From NCBI GenBank assembly GCA_963775425.1, contig CAVZJB010000011.1, positions 480,001-544,000 of the forward strand: a stretch of 64,000 bases of DNA. The letters are read 5' to 3'. Origin of the DNA: an uncultured delta proteobacterium. Lineage in GTDB: Bacteria; Myxococcota; UBA727; VGSZ01. Position numbers and translations under genes: made by a program. Positions 9,990-23,943 of this stretch are shown one piece after another; positions within the stretch are counted from its first letter, which is position 1; each line of letters opens with the position of its first letter. The notes under the pieces were generated by a model, which ran no database searches, was not told the DNA's origin, and saw only the letters and a list, made by a program, of their open reading frames with translations.

Positions 9990-10015
9990 CGCGCGCGCAA
10001 CCAACCCGGCCGGCC

Positions 10016-10112
10016 GTGGCGGATTCGCAAAGCGCGCGTCCTCGTCGTCGAGGACGACAGCCCCGCGCACATGCTCACACATGTCCTCGCGCGCGACGGC
10101 TGCTTCGTCACG
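10016..10112 (+). pseudogene. Fragment of a response-regulator receiver domain
   Basis: GTG-ADSQ, then after a +1 shift at AAA (10029-10031), ARVLVVEDDSPAHMLTHVLARDGCFVTG, matching receiver beta1-alpha1-beta2; similarity is lost afterwards. Confidence 0.5.
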
Positions 10113-10332
10113 GGTCGCCCGGGCAGCCCCACGAGGCGGGAGCCCTCTCGTCGCCCTTGCGCCCGCGTAGCAGGCGGTGGGACATTCGGGCCCGGGTGGG
10201 TGCAGGCCCGCTTCGCGTCTCAGGAATGGAAAAGTTGAAGCGGTCCCGAAGCGGTGGAGATAATGCCTCGACGGGAGCTTGATCACCAACGCCGGTAGGG
10301 ATGCAAAGGGAAGGCCCGTGCAGGACGGGAAC

Positions 10333-12246
<1,914 letters not shown>

Positions 12247-12318
12247 CCGCGCGTCGGCTCCGGCAACGACCCGTGGGGCGGCCACGACATACAGAGCGGC
12301 CGCGCCGGCGGCGGGAGA

Positions 12319-13011
12319 TCAGCGGAGGGCCCGCCGGCACGCCGTGAGGAGCGCCGCGAGCGCGCGCGCAGGATCGTGCGCGCCCGTGACGGCGCCGATC
12401 ACCGCGACGGCTGCGGCGCCAGCGTCGAGGCACGCGCGCGCGCTGCGATCGTCGACGCCGCCGAGGGCGACGACGGGCGGTCCCCCGGCGGCGCAGGCGC
12501 GCCCGAGGCCGGCGAGGCCGAGCGTCGCGCGCGCGTCCGCGGGCTTCGAGGCCGGCCGGAAGATGGGCGAGAGCGTGACGTAGTCCGCGCGCCTGCCGTC
12601 GTCGTCGCCCCGCAGTCCGCCGGGTCCCCTGCGGTGCGCCGCCGGTGCCAGGTCCCCGGCGTGCCGCGAGGCGCCGAGCAGCGCCCCGGGGGGGAGCGCG
12701 ATGCGGGCCTCGTCGACGCGGGCGCGGCCGTCGACGTGGACGCCGTCGAGCCCGAGGCGGGCGACCAGGCGCGCGTGCGTGTGGACCAGGAGCAGCGCCC
12801 CCGCGCGACGCGTCACCGGCCGGAGCGCGGCGCAGGCGCGGGCGACGTCGTCGACGGCGGCGCGCTTGTCGCGCACGAGCACGGCGACGCCGGCCCCGCG
12901 CCCGGCGGCGAGCGGGCCGAGCGCCCGCGCCACGGTCTCGACGACGCCCCGCGCCCGCGCGCGGCACGCGGCCGCGTCGGTGATCACGAGGAGGCGAAAG
13001 GGCAGGTCCAA
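12319..13011 (-). CDS. thiE: Thiamine-phosphate synthase (ThiE/TenI family)
   Basis: LLVITD, DGVHV, LLGASRH, ADYVTLSPIFRPASKP, PVVALGGVD, GAAAVAVIGAV; follows thiC. Confidence 0.85.
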   Translation of the reverse strand: MDLPFRLLVITDAAACRARARGVVETVARALGPLAAGRGAGVAVLVRDKRAAVDDVARACAALRPVTRRAGALLLVHTHARLVARLGLDGVHVDGRARVDEARIALPPGALLGASRHAGDLAPAAHRRGPGGLRGDDDGRRADYVTLSPIFRPASKPADARATLGLAGLGRACAAGGPPVVALGGVDDRSARACLDAGAAAVAVIGAVTGAHDPARALAALLTACRRALR

Positions 13012-13042
13012 GGTCTCCCCGCGCCGCGCCGGACGGCCAGGG

Positions 13043-14557
<1,515 letters not shown>

Positions 14558-14567
14558 TCAAGACGCC

Positions 14568-14882
14568 TCACACGTCTCCGAAGCGATACTCGTACGACTT
14601 CTCGCAGCCGTCGGCGCGCACGGAGATGCAGTCGCCGTCGGCGTCTCTGCGCAGGCAGACGACGTTGATCTTCTCGAGCGGACACTCGAGCTGCTTGGCC
14701 GCCGCCTTCTTCACCTCGTCGAACTCCGCGTCCGTCGAGGTGGCAGGCGCCGCGGGCGCCATGTCCTCGGGCGACGGCGGCTTGATGGGCGAGGCGGTGC
14801 CGTGGTGCTCGTGCTTGGTGGTGCCGCACGCAGCCAGGGCCGCGAGCGCGACGGCGACGGCGAGAATTCGAAAGCGCTGCAT
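14568..14882 (-). CDS. Small Cys-containing lipoprotein
   Basis: LAAC lipobox, GGAG RBS, LECP...C...C...GC pattern. Confidence 0.7.
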   Translation of the reverse strand: MQRFRILAVAVALAALAACGTTKHEHHGTASPIKPPSPEDMAPAAPATSTDAEFDEVKKAAAKQLECPLEKINVVCLRRDADGDCISVRADGCEKSYEYRFGDV

Positions 14883-14900
14883 GGTCTCCCCCGGGGTGGT

Positions 14901-15713
14901 TCAGCTCGTGCGCCCGATGACGCCGTCGATGGGGCTCGACGCCGACGCGTAGAGCTTCATGGGGATGCGCCCGGCCAGGTGCGCGAGGCGCCCGGCGCGC
15001 ACGCCGTCGCGCATGGCGGCGGCCATGGCGCGGGGATCCCGGGCCAGGGCGATGGCGGTGTTCATGAGGACGCCGTCGACGCCCATCTCCATGGCGCGCG
15101 CGGCGTCGGAGGGGACGCCGACGCCGGCGTCGACGATGACGGGGACGTCGGGGCGGCGTTCGCGCACGAGCTCGAGGATGATCCTCAGGTTGTGCGGGTT
15201 TCTGATGCCGAGCCCGGAGCCGATGGGGGCCGCCAGCGGCATCACCGCCGACGCGCCGGCGTCGAGCAGGCGCAGGCAGGCGACGGGATCATCGGTGACG
15301 TAGGGGAGGCAGACGAAGCCCTCTTTGACGAGCGCCTTGGTGGCCTCGATGGTGGCCGTGACGTCGGGGAAGAGGGTCTTTTCGTCGCCGATGACCTCGA
15401 CCTTGACGAGGCGCGCGCGCTCCTCCCCGAGGAGCTCGCGGGCGAGGCGCGCGGTGCGCACGCAGTCGTCGACGGTGAAGCACCCCGCGGTGTTGGGCAG
15501 GACGTGCATCGTCTTGGGGATGGTGTCCCACAGCGAGCGCTCGCCCGGCTTCGCCTGCGGCACGCGGCGGATGGCGACGGTGACCATCTCGCTGGCCGAG
15601 ATCTCCATGCAGGCGGCGGCGGTGTCGAGGTCGGGGTACTTCCCGGTGCCGACGATGAGGCGGCTGTGCAGCGAGACGGGCCCGATGACGAGCGGAGAGT
15701 CCTTGGTGGTCAT
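14901..15713 (-). CDS. thiG: Thiazole synthase ThiG
   Basis: [64 protein letters not shown]. Confidence 0.97.
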   Translation of the reverse strand: MTTKDSPLVIGPVSLHSRLIVGTGKYPDLDTAAACMEISASEMVTVAIRRVPQAKPGERSLWDTIPKTMHVLPNTAGCFTVDDCVRTARLARELLGEERARLVKVEVIGDEKTLFPDVTATIEATKALVKEGFVCLPYVTDDPVACLRLLDAGASAVMPLAAPIGSGLGIRNPHNLRIILELVRERRPDVPVIVDAGVGVPSDAARAMEMGVDGVLMNTAIALARDPRAMAAAMRDGVRAGRLAHLAGRIPMKLYASASSPIDGVIGRTS

Positions 15714-16276
15714 CGGGGTGGTGGGTAGCCCTCGGAGCCGCTCGAGAAAAGCCCCAGACGGGCGCGCAGGCTCGCGTCGTAGGTGCGGAATGCCTCCTCG
15801 CGCGCTTCGATGGACGGCGCGCCGAAGAGGAAATAGCCCGCGGCGAGGGCACCGAAGCCGGCGACCTCGACGACGCGGCCGGCGATGAGGACGGCCGTCC
15901 CGCTCTTGGCGTCGGTCGCGAGGAGCGGCACGCCGACGACGGTGGAGGCCGTGGAGGCCACCTGGCACACGGCGCCGGCGGCGAACAGCGAGAGGAACGC
16001 GGCGCGGTCGAGCTGGAAGCGGCGGACGGCGTCGGCGGTGGCGCTGTCGGCGTCGACGGCAGCCAGCAGGTCCGCGGGCTCGGCGCGCGCGCCGCCGTTG
16101 AGGCGCAGCGGCGCCGAGAAGAACAGGGCGCCCGCCGGCGGCTCCCCCGCGGGCCGGTGGGCCTCGTAGAACGCCCGGCGCTCGCCGAGGGGCGCCGTCG
16201 CCACCGGCGCCTCCTCGAGGGCCGTGTGCGCGCACGCGGCCAGGGAGCACACGGCGGCGGCGAGGGCGGCGCGCAT
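15710..16276 (-). CDS. Hypothetical lipoprotein with C-terminal hydrophobic helices
   Basis: LAAC lipobox; stop overlaps the thiG start (ATGA). Confidence 0.6.
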   Translation of the reverse strand: MRAALAAAVCSLAACAHTALEEAPVATAPLGERRAFYEAHRPAGEPPAGALFFSAPLRLNGGARAEPADLLAAVDADSATADAVRRFQLDRAAFLSLFAAGAVCQVASTASTVVGVPLLATDAKSGTAVLIAGRVVEVAGFGALAAGYFLFGAPSIEAREEAFRTYDASLRARLGLFSSGSEGYPPPR

Positions 16277-16305
16277 GCGGACGGTGTAGCAACCGCGCGC
16301 TGGGC

Positions 16306-16509
16306 TCAGCCGCCGCCGACGAGGGTGACGATCTCGAGGACGTCCCCGTCCTTCACCGGGCGCGCGGGCCGCTCGGCCTTGGGCACGATGGCGCCGTTCA
16401 GCTCGACGGCGACCCGCTCCCGCGGCATCCCCAGCGCCGCGAGGAGGCCGTCCACCGTGGCGGGCGCGGGGTCGAGGGCGCGGGGCTCACCGTTGACGAC
16501 GAGGTGCAT
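16306..16509 (-). CDS. thiS: Sulfur carrier protein ThiS
   Basis: 67 aa, MHLVVNGE...[11 protein letters not shown]...[14 protein letters not shown] with C-terminal diglycine. Confidence 0.95.
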   Translation of the reverse strand: MHLVVNGEPRALDPAPATVDGLLAALGMPRERVAVELNGAIVPKAERPARPVKDGDVLEIVTLVGGG

Positions 16510-16612
16510 CGCTGCGCTGTAGCCGATGGACGGGCCCACGGAAAGCGCCGGTGCGCGTTGCCGGCCACGACGGCGGCGGCTAGATCGACGGGTCCCAGTT
16601 TCAGGAGTGCGC

Positions 16613-17800
16613 ATGCTTGGCTTCGGCAAGAAGGTCGATCTCGACAAGGACCGCGAAAAGATCATGGACGCCCTGCGCGCGGTGGCCTGCCCGGGCATCT
16701 GCGACGACATCGTCGGAGGCGGCGTCGTCGGCGAGCTCACCGCCGACAAGGGCACCCTCACGGTGCAGCTCCTCTTGCCCACCCCGGCCCTGAAGGGGCG
16801 GCGGGACCTCGAGACCGCCGTGGTCGACGCCGTGAAGAAAGTCGTCGACGCCGACGTCGAGCTCGACTGCAAGGGCAACGTCCGCGCCTCCGCCGGCTCC
16901 CCCGACGGCAAGCAGGACCTGCCCGGCATCAAGAACGTCGTCCTGGTGGCCTCGGGCAAGGGCGGCGTCGGCAAGAGCACCGTCGCCTCCAACCTCGCCG
17001 TGGCCCTCGCGCGCCTCGGCTGCAAGGTGGGCCTCCTCGACGCCGACATCTACGGCCCCTCGGCGCCCACCATGTTCGGCATCGCCGACGGCACCCGCCC
17101 GGGCACCGTCCCGGGGCCGGACGCCTCGCGGCCCCTCATCGCGCCCCTCGACCGCTACGGCGTGCGCCTGATGTCCATCGGCTTCCTCGTCGACACCAGC
17201 ACCCCCATGGTGTGGCGCGGCCCGATGATCGCGTCGGCGGCGATGCAGTTGTTCAAGGACGTGGCCTGGGGCGAGCTCGACTACCTGATCGTGGACATGC
17301 CGCCGGGGACGGGTGACGTGCAGCTCACCATCTCCCAGCAGGTGATCGTCAGCGGGGCGGTGGTGTGCAGTACGCCCCAGGACGTCGCCCTCGCGGACGT
17401 CGTCCGGGCCAAGGCGATGTTCGACAAGGTGGCCATCCCCATCCTCGGTGTCGTCGAGAACATGAGCTATTTCGTGTGCGACCAGTGCAACAAGCGCCAC
17501 GAGATCTTCTTCCACGGCGGCGCTCGGAACGCCGCGGAACGCATGCGCGTCCCCTTCCTCGGCGAAATTCCGCTGGAGCCGGGCGTGGTGGAGGGGGGCG
17601 ACAACGGCAAGCCCATCGTCATCGGGGCCCCCGACAGCGCCTCCGCGCTGGCCTTCCTCGCCCTGGCGGAGGAGGTGGCGACGTCTCTGGCGAAGACTGC
17701 TCACGAGATGCCGGAGGCGCTCGCGGGCCCCTCCATCTCCATCAGCGGAGGCTCGATCGGCAAAGGCGCAAAGAAGGGGGGCTTGCCGATCGTGAGTTGA
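16613..17800 (+). CDS. mrp: Mrp/ApbC (NBP35 family) Fe-S cluster carrier ATPase
   Basis: VASGKGGVGKSTVA, LLDADIYGPS, WRGPM, DMPPGTGD, TPQDVAL, VENMSYFVCDQC. Confidence 0.95.
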   Translation: MLGFGKKVDLDKDREKIMDALRAVACPGICDDIVGGGVVGELTADKGTLTVQLLLPTPALKGRRDLETAVVDAVKKVVDADVELDCKGNVRASAGSPDGKQDLPGIKNVVLVASGKGGVGKSTVASNLAVALARLGCKVGLLDADIYGPSAPTMFGIADGTRPGTVPGPDASRPLIAPLDRYGVRLMSIGFLVDTSTPMVWRGPMIASAAMQLFKDVAWGELDYLIVDMPPGTGDVQLTISQQVIVSGAVVCSTPQDVALADVVRAKAMFDKVAIPILGVVENMSYFVCDQCNKRHEIFFHGGARNAAERMRVPFLGEIPLEPGVVEGGDNGKPIVIGAPDSASALAFLALAEEVATSLAKTAHEMPEALAGPSISISGGSIGKGAKKGGLPIVS

Positions 17801-17845
17801 TGTATTGTGCGCCGCCGGTTCGCATCTCTATCCGGAGGCACCACG

Positions 17846-18217
17846 ATGGCGAAGAAGAAGAAGAAGGCAGCGAAGAAAGCGGGCAAGAAGAAGGCAGCGA
17901 AGAAGGCGAAGAAGAAGGCCACGAAGAAGAAGGCCACGAAGAAGAAGGCCAAGAAGACCAAGTCGAAGCGCAAGCCCAACGCGGCGTTCATGACCCCCAT
18001 GACGCCGAGCGCTGACCTCGCCGCCGTCATCGGCAACAAGCCGATGCCGCGCACCGAGGTCACCAAGAAGCTGTGGGCGTACATCAAGCGCAACGGCCTG
18101 CAGGACCAGAAGAACAGGCGCAACATCAACGCGGACGACAAGCTGCGGGTGATCTTCAAGAAGCCCACGGTCAACATGTTCGAGATGACCAAGCTCGTCG
18201 CGAAGCACTTGAGCTGA
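17846..18217 (+). CDS. SWIB/MDM2 domain protein with Lys/Ala-rich histone-H1-like N-terminal tail
   Basis: MAKKKKKAAKKAGKKKAAKK... followed by PSADLAAVIG...RTEVTKKLWAYIKRNGLQD...INADDKL...MFEMTKLVAKHL; GGAGG RBS. Confidence 0.93.
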   Translation: MAKKKKKAAKKAGKKKAAKKAKKKATKKKATKKKAKKTKSKRKPNAAFMTPMTPSADLAAVIGNKPMPRTEVTKKLWAYIKRNGLQDQKNRRNINADDKLRVIFKKPTVNMFEMTKLVAKHLS

Positions 18218-18321
18218 TCGGCTCGAGTTGCCGGGGCCCAGGGCCGCCGGTAGCTCAAGCTCAGGCGGTCGGAGACAAGGACTTCGGCAAACACCGAGCC
18301 CAAAGCTCAGAGCCGCCCAAG

Positions 18322-18349
18322 GAAATGCCCACCGCAAGGTGGGCATTTC
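18322..18349. terminator. Intrinsic terminator, probably bidirectional
   Basis: Perfect stem GAAATGCCCACC-GCAA-GGTGGGCATTTC between convergent genes. Confidence 0.85.
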
Positions 18350-18372
18350 TGTTGCGGCGACGCGCCCCGCGC

Positions 18373-19341
18373 CTACGACGCAGGGGCGTGGATGCAGGCG
18401 ACGCCGACGGCGCCGATCTGCACGAGCGGCGGCTCGGCCTCGGCGCAGCGCGGCTCGGCTTCGGGGCAGCGGGTGCGGAAGCGGCAGCCCGAGGGGAGCT
18501 CGAGGGCGCTGCCGACGTCGGCGCGCGCCGGTGCGGCGGCGCGGTCGGCCGCGGCCGGCGCCGGCGACGCGGCCGTCGGCACCCGCGGGGCCGAGGCGAT
18601 CAGCAGGCGCGTGTAGGGGTGACGCGGCCGTGCAAACACCTCGGCGGCAGGGCCGATCTCGACGACCTTGCCGAGCACCATCACGGCCACGCGCGTCGAC
18701 AGGTGGCGCACCACGCTCAGGTCGTGGGCGATGAACACCAGGGTGAGCCCGAGCGTGTCGCGGAGATCGGCGAGCAGGTTCACCACCTGGGCGCGCACGC
18801 TGGCGTCGAGGGCGCTCACGGGCTCGTCGCAGATCAACAGCGCGGGCTCCACCGCCAGCGCCCGCGCGATGCCCACGCGCTGGCGCATGCCGCCGGACAG
18901 CTCGTGCGGGTAGCGGGCGAGCACCTCCTCGCCGAGGCCCACCTGCTCGAGCAGCTCCACCACGCGCGCCCGGCGGGCGGCGCCGGCCGCGAGGCGGTGG
19001 ATGTCGAGGGCCTCGCCGACGATGCCCTCGACGCGCATGCGCGGGTTCAACGACGCGTACGAGTCCTGAAAGACCATCTGCATCCGTCGCCGCAGCGGGC
19101 GCAGCTCGCGCTGGGACATGCGTGTGATGTCGACGCCCTCGAGCTTCACGACGCCTGCGGCGGGCTCCACCAGGCGCAGCACCGCGCGTCCAAGGGTGGA
19201 CTTGCCGCAGCCGCTCTCGCCCACGAGGCCCAGCGTCTCGCCCGCATCGACGCGAAAGGAGACGCCGTCCACGGCCCGCACGGTCTTGCCCCGCAGGCGG
19301 TAGCGCACCGCGAGCGCGTCGACCTCGAGCAGGGCGCTCAT
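18373..19341 (-). CDS. oppF: Oligopeptide/dipeptide ABC transporter ATP-binding protein (OppF/DppF-like)
   Basis: [50 protein letters not shown]. Confidence 0.9.
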   Translation of the reverse strand: MSALLEVDALAVRYRLRGKTVRAVDGVSFRVDAGETLGLVGESGCGKSTLGRAVLRLVEPAAGVVKLEGVDITRMSQRELRPLRRRMQMVFQDSYASLNPRMRVEGIVGEALDIHRLAAGAARRARVVELLEQVGLGEEVLARYPHELSGGMRQRVGIARALAVEPALLICDEPVSALDASVRAQVVNLLADLRDTLGLTLVFIAHDLSVVRHLSTRVAVMVLGKVVEIGPAAEVFARPRHPYTRLLIASAPRVPTAASPAPAAADRAAAPARADVGSALELPSGCRFRTRCPEAEPRCAEAEPPLVQIGAVGVACIHAPAS

Positions 19342-20303
19342 GGCGGATCGATCATGTGGATGCAGCGGGCGAGCTGGTCGGGGCCGGCGGCCTCGAGGGC
19401 GGGCTCCTTGCGCCGGCAGTCCTCGTCGGCGCGATCGCAGCGGTCCTGGAAGCGGCAGCCCGCGGGGTGCTTGCCCGGGCTCGGCACCGCGCCGGGGATG
19501 GCGCGCAGGCGGTGGCGGCCGTGCTCGTCGACGACGTCGTCGACGCCCGGGATGGAGGCCAGCAGGCCGAGCGTGTACGGGTGGCGCGGGCGGCGAAACA
19601 CCGCCTGCACCGGGGCGCGCTCGACGATGCGCCCGGCGTACATCACGTAGACAATCTCGCAGGTCTCGGCGACGACGCCGAGGTCGTGGGTGATGAGCAG
19701 GACGCTCATCCCGATGTCGCGCTGGAGCGTGCGCAACAGGTCGAGGATCTGCGCCTGCACGGTGACGTCGAGCGCCGTGGTGGGCTCGTCGGCGATGAGC
19801 ACGTCGGGCTTGCACGCGAGCGCCATGGCGATCATCACGCGCTGCCGCATGCCGCCCGACAGCTCGTGGGGGTAGGAGCGGGCGCGCTCTTCGGGCGCCG
19901 GGACGCCGGTGACCTCGAGCATCTCCACCGCCCGCTTCCACGCCTCCTTGCGCGGCTTCTTCTCGTGGAGCCGCACCACCTCCGCCACCTGCTCCCCCAC
20001 CGTGAGCACCGGGTTCAAGGACGTCATCGGGTCCTGAAACACCATGGCGATGCGGTTGCCGCGCACCGCGCGCAGGTCCTTCTCGGGGAGCGTGAGCAGG
20101 TCCTGGCCGCGAAACTGGATGCGCCCGCTCACCTCGGCGCCCTGCAGCAGGCGCAGCACGGACAGCGCGGTGACGCTCTTGCCGGACCCGCTCTCGCCGA
20201 CGAGCCCGACGGTCTTTCCCGCGGGGACGTCGAGGGTGACGTCGTCGACGACGCGGACGCCGCCGAACGAAACCGTGAGCCCCTCGATGTGGAGCAGGGT
20301 CAC
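19338..20303 (-). CDS. oppD: Oligopeptide/dipeptide ABC transporter ATP-binding protein (OppD/DppD-like)
   Basis: [60 protein letters not shown]; GTG start overlaps the upstream stop. Confidence 0.9.
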   Translation of the reverse strand: MTLLHIEGLTVSFGGVRVVDDVTLDVPAGKTVGLVGESGSGKSVTALSVLRLLQGAEVSGRIQFRGQDLLTLPEKDLRAVRGNRIAMVFQDPMTSLNPVLTVGEQVAEVVRLHEKKPRKEAWKRAVEMLEVTGVPAPEERARSYPHELSGGMRQRVMIAMALACKPDVLIADEPTTALDVTVQAQILDLLRTLQRDIGMSVLLITHDLGVVAETCEIVYVMYAGRIVERAPVQAVFRRPRHPYTLGLLASIPGVDDVVDEHGRHRLRAIPGAVPSPGKHPAGCRFQDRCDRADEDCRRKEPALEAAGPDQLARCIHMIDPP

Positions 20304-22447
20304 TTCTTGGTCTTCTCGCGCTCCTCCGCCGCTTTCTCGCGGAGGCGCTCGGACAGCTTCTGTTTGTCGACGTCGTCGAGGCTCATGATCATCGTGGCGA
20401 GCCCGGGCCCCGCCTTCCCGCCGTTGCCGGGAGCGGGACCGGAGAACGCGGCCCAGGGCGCGGGCGTGCCCGCGGGCTGCGGCGGCGCTGCCGGCACGTA
20501 CTGCGTCTGCGGCTCCGGCGGCGGCGTGGACGGCGGCGGCGGCGGCGTGGTGAGGATCTCGCGCGAGCGCGGGACGGCGGCGGCGGCGCGGTTGTCCTTG
20601 CGCGGGATGGGCCGCTCGGCGGCGTCGGCCCACTCCCTGGCCAGGTTCCGGGGGCCGAGGGCGCCGGCGTCGTCGACGGAGGCGAAGGCGCCGTGCGTGC
20701 GGTGGAGGACCGCGCGCAGGATGCGCACGGGCTCCGGCTGTCCGCCGCCCAGGACGAGCGGATCGTCGACGAGGGCGGCGTCGGCGTGGACCGGCGCCAT
20801 GTGGGTGACGCCGAGGGCGAGCCGGAAGCCCTCGCCCTTCGCGAGGGCGTCGTCGTCGTCGACGAGGGCGGCGGAGGCGGTGAGGACGGAGGTGCGCGAG
20901 ATGCCCTCGAGCGCCTCGATGGACAGGCCGGCGGCGGCCGCGGCCCCAGTTGCTGTCGCTGTCGCTGTCGGTGTCGGTGTCGCTGGCGCACGCGGCGCCG
21001 CTGCGGGGGCGGACGCGCCCGCGGCCGGAGCGGGCGCGCCGAGGGACGCGACGTCGTCGACGCGCGCCATCGCCTCGGTCACCCGGTGCAGGTGCATGCC
21101 CGCCACGGGCGAGGCGGGCGGGGCCACGCCGGCGATGGCGGCGGGCTCGTCGGGGCGCGCGGCGTCGGTGACGACGCTCGGGACGAGCCGCGTGACGCCG
21201 AGCCCGATGGGCGCGTCCTTGCCGGCGAGGAGCGCCGGCTCGTCGACGTTGGCGGCGGCGGCGGTGCGCGGGCGCAGCGCGATCACCTTGCCGCCGGCGT
21301 TGAGACCCTCGAGGAGATCGACGTCGAGGGGCGCGCCGGGGGCGAGCGCGATGGGCGCCGCCTTCACCGCCGGCATCATCGGGCGCGTCGCGGGCGCCAC
21401 CGGCGGCGGCGCGCCCTTGGCGCGGCTGGCGCCGGTGAAGGAGCAGCCGCAGTGGGGACAGAAGCGGGCCGACGCGAGGCGCGTGGCGCCACAATCGGGA
21501 CAAAAGGGAGCGGCCGCGAGCGCGTCGGGGGTCTTCGCCATCTCGGTCTCCGGGGAGCCACGGTCCTGCGGTGCCCCGGGGTCGGCGCGCCGCGCGGATC
21601 CCGTGGATCGCACGTTCGACGCCCCCCGCGCAACGCCGGGCTGCGTGTCGGACGCAGCCGCGGCGCTCCAGTCCGTCGGATCCGGCGCCGGCGCGGGCCG
21701 CTGATCCGCGTGATCCGCGGGCGGGACCGCCGACAGCGGCATCGACATCGTGGACAGCGGCGGCGCCAGCGCCGTGAAGCTCGGCTCGGGCTCCTCCACC
21801 TCGACGAGGTCCACGATGTCCCCGCCGACCCCGGGGAAGGGCAGGCGGCTGGCCGGCGACAGGACGCCGGTGACGACGGGGATGTCGTCGTCGTCGCCGA
21901 GCGCCTGCGCGGGCGGCTGAGGCTGCGCGGGGGCAGGAGGGGCGAGGTCGAACTCGACGCCGGCGAACTGCACACCCGGCGGCTCCGCCGCCTGCGTCTG
22001 CTGTCGGCTGCGCGCGTGGTAGGCGTTGATGGCGTGATCGACGCCGCTCTCGGTGGCGACGGCGGGCGCCACGCGGTGGCCGGTCTTGAACTTCACCGCC
22101 TCGAGGGCCTCGTGGTTCGTGGGATCGGCCATGGCGACGACGAGGAACGGCACGTTGCCGTCCCACTGCACGTCGGTGGGGAACAGCCCGAAGCGCCGGG
22201 CCATGTCCGCGGGGACGAGGCGCACGATGTCGTCGGCGACGGGCACGGTGAGGTCGGCGAGCGGCAGCCGCAGACGCTCCGCGAGGAAGCGCGCGAGGGC
22301 GTCTTCGCGCAGCACCCCCGCGTTCACGAGCAGGCGTCCGATGCGGCCGCCGTACGCCGCCTGCCTGTGGGAGGCCGCCGCGAGCTGCTCCGAGGAGACC
22401 ATCCCCGCCTCGAGCAGCAGCTCACCGACCGTCCTGCGCGCACCCAT
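20300..22447 (-). CDS. MshEN/GspE-N-terminal domain protein with central zinc ribbon and low-complexity linkers
   Basis: [18 protein letters not shown]...[13 protein letters not shown] tandem MshEN motif, VAMADPTN, and CPDCG...CPHCG; no ATPase domain. Confidence 0.85.
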   Translation of the reverse strand: MGARRTVGELLLEAGMVSSEQLAAASHRQAAYGGRIGRLLVNAGVLREDALARFLAERLRLPLADLTVPVADDIVRLVPADMARRFGLFPTDVQWDGNVPFLVVAMADPTNHEALEAVKFKTGHRVAPAVATESGVDHAINAYHARSRQQTQAAEPPGVQFAGVEFDLAPPAPAQPQPPAQALGDDDDIPVVTGVLSPASRLPFPGVGGDIVDLVEVEEPEPSFTALAPPLSTMSMPLSAVPPADHADQRPAPAPDPTDWSAAAASDTQPGVARGASNVRSTGSARRADPGAPQDRGSPETEMAKTPDALAAAPFCPDCGATRLASARFCPHCGCSFTGASRAKGAPPPVAPATRPMMPAVKAAPIALAPGAPLDVDLLEGLNAGGKVIALRPRTAAAANVDEPALLAGKDAPIGLGVTRLVPSVVTDAARPDEPAAIAGVAPPASPVAGMHLHRVTEAMARVDDVASLGAPAPAAGASAPAAAPRAPATPTPTATATATGAAAAAGLSIEALEGISRTSVLTASAALVDDDDALAKGEGFRLALGVTHMAPVHADAALVDDPLVLGGGQPEPVRILRAVLHRTHGAFASVDDAGALGPRNLAREWADAAERPIPRKDNRAAAAVPRSREILTTPPPPPSTPPPEPQTQYVPAAPPQPAGTPAPWAAFSGPAPGNGGKAGPGLATMIMSLDDVDKQKLSERLREKAAEEREKTKK

Positions 22448-22502
22448 GGCCGAAGAGTCTCGCACCGCCGCTGTCGACGTGGCCAGCCGCGGCCGTTCCG
22501 GG

Positions 22503-23084
22503 TCAGCCGCGGAACATCCAGGGCACGTGGCCGCGCTCGGCGAGGAGCTCCGCGACCGCCTGAACGCCGCGGCGGTGCTCGTCGATGCGCGCCGCGAGGC
22601 CCGCGGGCGGGGCCGCCGGCGCCGGCGGGGCGGAGGCCGGGGCCGGCGACAGGGCCACGGCCCCGTAGAGCCGGCGGATGGCGACGGCGAGCGCTTGATC
22701 GCCTGCGAGGAAGGCCTCGATGCGGGTGCCGAGCAGGCGCGTCACGTGGTCGAGGGCGACGACGTCGAAGGGGTCGCTCATGGCGAGCTGGATGGCGCGC
22801 CGCTCGGCCACGTAGGCGAGGGGCAGCACGTGGAAGCGCTCGCACGTGGCCTGATCGACGCGCTGTTTGAGCGCGTCGGGCAAGTCGACGATGCCGTCGA
22901 GCTCCGCCTTGGGCAGGCCGAGCTGGCGGCAGAGGGCGAGCACGAGGATGTCCTCGGCGAGGGCGCCCATGCGCACGAGGATCCGGCCCAGGCGCCCGCC
23001 CCAGCGCTGCTGCTCCGCGAGCGCCGCGTTGAGCTGCAGGTCGCTGATGACCCCGGCCCTCAGGAGCATCTCGCCGATGCGCAC
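22503..23084 (-). CDS. Stand-alone MshEN/GspE-N-terminal domain protein
   Basis: RIGEMLLRAGVISDLQLNAALAEQQRWGGRLGRILVRMG; LAMSDPFD. Confidence 0.88.
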   Translation of the reverse strand: MRIGEMLLRAGVISDLQLNAALAEQQRWGGRLGRILVRMGALAEDILVLALCRQLGLPKAELDGIVDLPDALKQRVDQATCERFHVLPLAYVAERRAIQLAMSDPFDVVALDHVTRLLGTRIEAFLAGDQALAVAIRRLYGAVALSPAPASAPPAPAAPPAGLAARIDEHRRGVQAVAELLAERGHVPWMFRG

Positions 23085-23115
23085 CCACGAAGAGTAGCCG
23101 AAGCCGCGGGCGGGG

Positions 23116-23943
23116 CTACAGCGGCAGCAGGATGGTGCCCGGGGGCGGCTCGAGGTGAAACGCCTCCGCTGGGAGCGGCGGTCCGTTGAACGTCACGTCG
23201 CTGGCGATGAAGTCGAGCGCCTGCTTGGTGTCGACGACGGTGACCCGCCACGAAAACGGCATCACCGACGTCCCCACGGGCCGCAGGTCGCCGTACGCGA
23301 CCTCGAGCGACGGCAACCCGTCCTTGCGATAGTGCGTCCAGTGCACGATGGCGTCGTCCGCCGCGCGCACCGTGATCTCGAAGGGCGCGTCGCCCTCGGG
23401 CTCGAACCAGACCTCGTACGTGCCCTTCTTCTCGTCGACGCTCATGAGCTTGCCCGGCGTGCGATCGGGCGGGTGCGCGAGGAACACCTCGACGACCTCC
23501 TTGGGCCACAGCGGCAACGGCAGGATCTTCTTGATCGCCTCCTCGGTCACGGGGCCGCGGCGAAACACCGGCTTGCCCGACGTGGCGTCGTAGAGCGTGA
23601 CGACGTCGCCGTCGGTGACGAGGATCTGCTGCGGCTGCTCGAAGAAGGACCGCACCGCCACGCTCAGCATCGCCGGCGGCTGCAGCGCGACGTCGAGGTC
23701 GGCGCTCATGACGGCGCCCTGGAGGCCCGGCAGCTTGGCCTTCACCGTCCCCGCCATCCGCACCCGCCGCGCCGCGGCCTGGTGCACGCGCGCGCTGGCG
23801 ACGGCGTCGGTGAGGTTTGACAAATCCACGCGCGGCACCCGCGGCGGACACCCCGCGACGAGGAGCACGGCGACGCCGGCGACCGCGCCGCGCACCGCGC
23901 CATGGCGCGCCCGAGCTCTTCGTCCGATCGGAGCACCGGTCAT
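23116..23943 (-). CDS. Lipoprotein, LolB/DUF4292-like fold
   Basis: VAGC lipobox; beta-rich pattern with VRSFFEQP...LVTDG, YGDLRPVG...PFSWRV and terminal FHLEPPPG; follows a TPR gene. Confidence 0.6.
   Translation of the reverse strand: MTGAPIGRRARARHGAVRGAVAGVAVLLVAGCPPRVPRVDLSNLTDAVASARVHQAAARRVRMAGTVKAKLPGLQGAVMSADLDVALQPPAMLSVAVRSFFEQPQQILVTDGDVVTLYDATSGKPVFRRGPVTEEAIKKILPLPLWPKEVVEVFLAHPPDRTPGKLMSVDEKKGTYEVWFEPEGDAPFEITVRAADDAIVHWTHYRKDGLPSLEVAYGDLRPVGTSVMPFSWRVTVVDTKQALDFIASDVTFNGPPLPAEAFHLEPPPGTILLPL

Noticed and set aside
14901-16292. N-terminally extended ThiG (463 aa)
   Set aside because: The extension overlaps the lipoprotein ORF in another frame; ThiG homology starts at ATG 15713
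16510-16612. TPP riboswitch upstream of thiS (minus strand CTGAAA...ACCCGTCGATCTAG)
   Set aside because: Only loose resemblance; lacks CTGAGA, AACCTGA and the GCGNAGG 3' elements
18241-18321. tRNA (GGTAGCTCAA) or c-di-GMP-I riboswitch (GGCAAAC...CAAAGC)
   Set aside because: No T-arm GTTCGA or cloverleaf; no GAAA-capped P2 stem; located 3' of a gene with only a convergent gene downstream
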